A stretch of DNA of 64,000 nt from positions 10,952-74,951 of the forward strand of contig DASXVQ010000049.1 in NCBI GenBank assembly GCA_036504155.1, given 5' to 3'. A program made the position numbers and the translations under genes. The stretch comes from Myxococcales bacterium. GTDB lineage: Bacteria; Myxococcota; Myxococcia; Myxococcales; UBA5297. The notes beneath the pieces are model-generated. The model had not been told where the DNA came from and did no database searches. It saw only the letters and a program-made list of their open reading frames with translations. Shown here piece after piece: positions 61,174 to 64,000 of this stretch. Position 1 is the first letter of the stretch; the number at the start of each line of letters is the position of its first letter.

Positions 61174-62509
61174 CTAAACGAGCATCGCCGGGCTGGGCTC
61201 GAGGGCCGAGGCGCCGCCGAGCTTCCGGGTCCGCTCGAGCCGCTCCGCGCTCAGCTCGCGCAGGGCCTGGGCGACCTTCGGCTCCGGTAGGATGTGCGCC
61301 GCGAAGCCCTCGCGGTCGATCCCCAGCAGCAGGCTCGGCGCCGCGGTGCGGACGCTGGCCGTGACCTGGGTGCCGTGCAGCAGCGACGTCTCGCCGAAGA
61401 CCGCGCCCTCGGTCAGGTCGGGATAGCGGACGAACCCTCCCTCCGCCTTGCGGCCGGCCACCTCGCAGCGGCCGCGCAGCAGCACGTAGAGCCCGCGCCC
61501 GGGTTGGCCTTCGACGAGCAGGACCTCGCCCGCGGCCGACTGGTGCAGCCTGAACTTGTCGGCGAGCGCGTGCCGCGAGGCGTCCGACAGCAGGCGGAAC
61601 ACGTCGGAGGAGCGCAGCAGGTTCTCGAGCAGCCGCTCCTTGCAGAAGTGCTGCACGATCTCCGAGAAGCCGGGGAAGCGCGTGAAGAGCTTCTCCAGCG
61701 TCTCCCGGTTGACCTCGAGCAGCTCGCAGTCCGTCTTCGCCACCACCGAGGCCAGCCGCGCGGCCCGGGTGACGAGCGCGATCTCCCCGAAGAAGGTGTT
61801 GTCCGGCATGGTGAGGACGACCTTCTGCTCCGGCGTCCCCAGGTGCCGCACCACGTCGACCTCGCCGTGGCCGACGACGAACATCGAGTCGCCGGGCTCG
61901 CCCTCCCGCACCAGCACCTGGCCCGCCGCGTAGGCGCGGACCTGGACCTCGGCGAGCAGGGCCAGGAAGACGTCGTGCGGGAGCTCGGAGAAGAGCGGGG
62001 TCGCGGGAAGGTGCGCGGTGTTGATCTCGAACGCGTCGGCCGCGGACCGCTCGATGGTCATCGGCTCCGACGCCTCGGGCAGGTCGATGGCCCCCGGGCC
62101 GGCGCCCGGATAGCGCAGCGCGGCGCTCATCGAGGCGGGGAGTCTCTGGATCAGGGACTTCTCGCCCTCCCCCTTGCGCGCGTAGAGCCCGGCCAGCGTC
62201 TCCTGGACCGCGCGGTGCGCCGGGTCGAGCTGGAGGATGGCCTTGTAGATGGCGATGGCCTGCACCAGCAGCCCGTCTGCCGCGTACTTGCCGGCGAGGT
62301 GCTGGTACTGGGCGACGGCCTCCGGCTTGCGGCCCAGGCGGGCCAGGACCTCGGCGACCTTCTTGCGCGCCGCCGCGTCCTCGGGAGCCGCCTGCAGCGC
62401 CCGCTGGAACTCCTTCAGCGCCGCCTCGACCTTCCCTTTGGCGAGCAGCGCGGAACCTTGGTCCTTGGCCTTGCGGCACTCCTCGAGTCGTTGGGCAGGC
62501 ACGGGCAAG
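61174..62509 (-). CDS. TPR-repeat protein with two C-terminal cyclic-nucleotide-binding (cNMP) domains
   Basis: TPR-like helices are present (ALKEFQRALQAAPEDAAARKKVAEVLARLGRKPEAVAQYQHLAGKY...AIAIYKAILQLDP). There are two cNMP-binding cores (FFGEIALV..RAARL; VFGETSLL...TASV). The start is uncertain (GTG at 62507-62509 suggested). The ORF-track N-terminal extension looks non-coding. Confidence 0.75.
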
Positions 62510-62541
62510 GGGATCTCGCAGTTCGAAATGGGTTTTCGCCG

Positions 62542-62550
62542 CCCCCCCCC
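62542..62550. repeat. homopolymeric C9 tract (G9 on the coding-direction strand) immediately upstream of the cNMP/TPR gene start region
   Basis: Read directly: cgcc g ccccccccc tgg. Confidence 0.5.
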
Positions 62551-62764
62551 TGGACTGGTGAATCTACCCCAGGTCCTGGAGCCTCGGGCGCCACCCCCCA
62601 GTCGAGGGAGGGTCTCCTGGCTCGGGCGCCCGGGTCTGGCAGGCCACGAGGATCGCCGGCCGGCACCGGTGCTCACGACGGGCGCGGGCATCGAGGGCCG
62701 GCATCGCGATAGGGTGCAGGCCGCTCTTGCCCACTGGGGGGCGAGCGGACTCGAGGGGGGAACC

Positions 62765-63061
62765 ATGGCTCATTTCAAGTGGGGCGGGACGTTCAGCGCG
62801 TTGGACTCGGCGACTCGCCAGCCGGTGACCGGGACGATCGGGGGCGAGTTCACCGGGGAGTACCCGGCGGACCAGGAGCCGATGGTGAAGTCGCTCATCC
62901 TCGCCACGGTCAACGACGTGCTGGGCAGCGGCGGCTCCATCGAAGACGCGGTGGACGACTTCCCTGCGCTGGGAAGGCGTCTGAGCGCGGCGCTCGAAGG
63001 CCCGCTGGCAAAGGTGGGCGGCCGCGGGAACACCACCGTCGTGTTCGCGAAGCGCAGATGA
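62765..63061 (+). CDS. small hypothetical protein (98 aa)
   Basis: ATG at 62765 preceded by a GAGGGGGG SD-like run. There is strong GC3 bias throughout (MAHFKWGGTFSALDSATRQPVTGTIGGEFTGEYPAD...). No recognisable domain. Confidence 0.5.
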   Translation: MAHFKWGGTFSALDSATRQPVTGTIGGEFTGEYPADQEPMVKSLILATVNDVLGSGGSIEDAVDDFPALGRRLSAALEGPLAKVGGRGNTTVVFAKRR

Positions 63062-63328
63062 AGGCGCGCGGGCGGGCGTAGCTCCGGGCCGCTCGGTCAG
63101 AACTCCGCTTTCTCGACGCCAAGACGCCAAGGCTCCAAGGGTCTGGGAATCACAGGCTCGCGGGTGCCTCGACGCGCCGGGGCGGAGCCGACGAGTCCGA
63201 CCGCGAGCGGCCTGCGCGCGGCAACCCGGCGTCATTGCGGACGAATCCCCCCGCCCGCCCGCGCTCGGCGGCCCAACTCGCGCCCTTCTCCGTACTCCCC
63301 TGCAAAGGCCGGACACCGGAGAGTCTGC

Positions 63329-64000
63329 ATGAGAAGGTCACAAGCGCTGTTGAGCCTGGTCGTCTTGACCATCGCCGCCATGCTGATGCTCTGGCGCACC
63401 ACGGGAGCGGCCTCGGGCGCACCTCCGGAGGAGCTCGCCGCCGGCTTCGGGGGCACCGTCGACGCCGTGCCCGCCAGCGGCCGCGTGCACGTCCCCGCCG
63501 GCCGCTTCGCCATGGGCAGCGAGACGGGCGCCGCGGACGAGAAGCCTGTCCACGCGGTCGCCGTCGCCGCCTTCGATCTCGACCGCACCGAGGTCACCAA
63601 CGCCCGCTACGCCGCCTGCGTCGCCGCCGGGGCCTGCCGCGCGCCGCAGCTCTCCAGCTCCAACAAGCGCGCCCACTACTTCGACGACCCCGCCTTCGCC
63701 GACTACCCGGTCGTCTTCGTGGACCACGAGCGCGCCTCTGCCTTCTGCGCCTTCGCCGGCGGCCGCCTGCCCACCGAGGCGGAGTGGGAACTGGCGGCGC
63801 GCGGCACCAAGGACTCCCGGACCTACCCGTGGGGCGAGGCCAAGCCCGACTGCGCTCGGGCCAACATGCTCGGCTGCGTCGGCGACACCGACCGGGTCGG
63901 CATCCGCCCCGCGGGCGCCAGCCCCTACGGCTTGCTCGACATGGCCGGCAACGTCTGGGAGTGGACCGCCGACTGGTACGACGCGCGCTTCTACGACATG
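63329..64000 (+). CDS. second FGE/SUMF1-family gene (tandem paralogue of 58738..59586; truncated by window end)
   Basis: ATG at 63329. The protein is ~70% identical to copy 1 over the N-terminal ~100 aa. From the catalytic core onward it is ~97% nt identical (63540-64000 versus 58948-59410). Confidence 0.85.
   Translation, partial: MRRSQALLSLVVLTIAAMLMLWRTTGAASGAPPEELAAGFGGTVDAVPASGRVHVPAGRFAMGSETGAADEKPVHAVAVAAFDLDRTEVTNARYAACVAAGACRAPQLSSSNKRAHYFDDPAFADYPVVFVDHERASAFCAFAGGRLPTEAEWELAARGTKDSRTYPWGEAKPDCARANMLGCVGDTDRVGIRPAGASPYGLLDMAGNVWEWTADWYDARFYDM

Overview
This is a 64 kb window of very high-GC (about 70%+ by eye) bacterial chromosome, almost certainly a myxobacterium (Myxococcota). 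The supporting evidence is:
- two proteins end in the MYXO-CTERM sorting signature (Gly/Cys-rich segment, hydrophobic stretch, RRRR);
- there are many Cys-rich-repeat lipoproteins;
- there is an ECF sigma factor paired with a Ser/Thr kinase;
- there is an FHA/sigma-54 activator.

A glycyl-radical enzyme in the window would fit an anaerobe-capable lineage such as Anaeromyxobacter, but that is inference only.

I support about 37 protein-coding genes and found no rRNA, tRNA or CRISPR.

Genes from left to right:
- A minus-strand run of five secreted proteins or lipoproteins: an IPT/TIG-repeat protein, a Cys-rich/PPC lipoprotein, an Ig-like/PKD lipoprotein, a VWA lipoprotein and an AKP-rich secreted protein. 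Three of them are joined by 1-4 nt stop/start overlaps.
- A GNAT acetyltransferase, a large membrane protein, a hotdog-like protein and an HAD-IB hydrolase.
- An FHA/sigma-54 enhancer-binding protein.
- An IPT lipoprotein, a PL-like lyase with MYXO-CTERM, and a TetR regulator.
- A 1109-aa single ORF that fuses a glycyl-radical activase (radical SAM) to a complete PFL2-type glycyl-radical enzyme.
- A penicillin-acylase-family hydrolase.
- mfd.
- A 1419-aa Cys-repeat/PKD/LTD/beta-helix lipoprotein.
- An IS3 transposase remnant.
- A HEAT-repeat membrane protein, a two-TM Ser/Thr kinase and an ECF sigma factor.
- A flotillin-like SPFH protein with three internal repeats.
- Several secreted hypotheticals, including an NlpC/P60 hydrolase carrying eight tandem Cys-rich modules and a MopE-like Cys-repeat lipoprotein.
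- A PAS histidine kinase and a receiver-only response regulator, followed by a paralogue of the earlier IPT lipoprotein.
- A P-type ATPase.
- A formylglycine-generating-enzyme (FGE) family gene plus a MYXO-CTERM protein, with a tandem FGE copy at the window end.
- A TPR protein with two cNMP-binding domains.

Structural observations:
- Two pairs of direct repeats copy the 3' end of a gene (the sigma-54 activator, and mfd) to a site 10-12 kb downstream. Each pair brackets an accessory gene block.
- An internal mfd fragment sits against the IS3 remnant.
- A roughly 410-bp nested palindrome with G-quadruplex motifs lies upstream of the sigma-54 activator.
- A MITE-like element with 27-bp terminal inverted repeats is present.
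- Operator-like TGTCAGAC palindromes are present.
- A REP-like hairpin repeat is present.
- A 9-C homopolymer is present.
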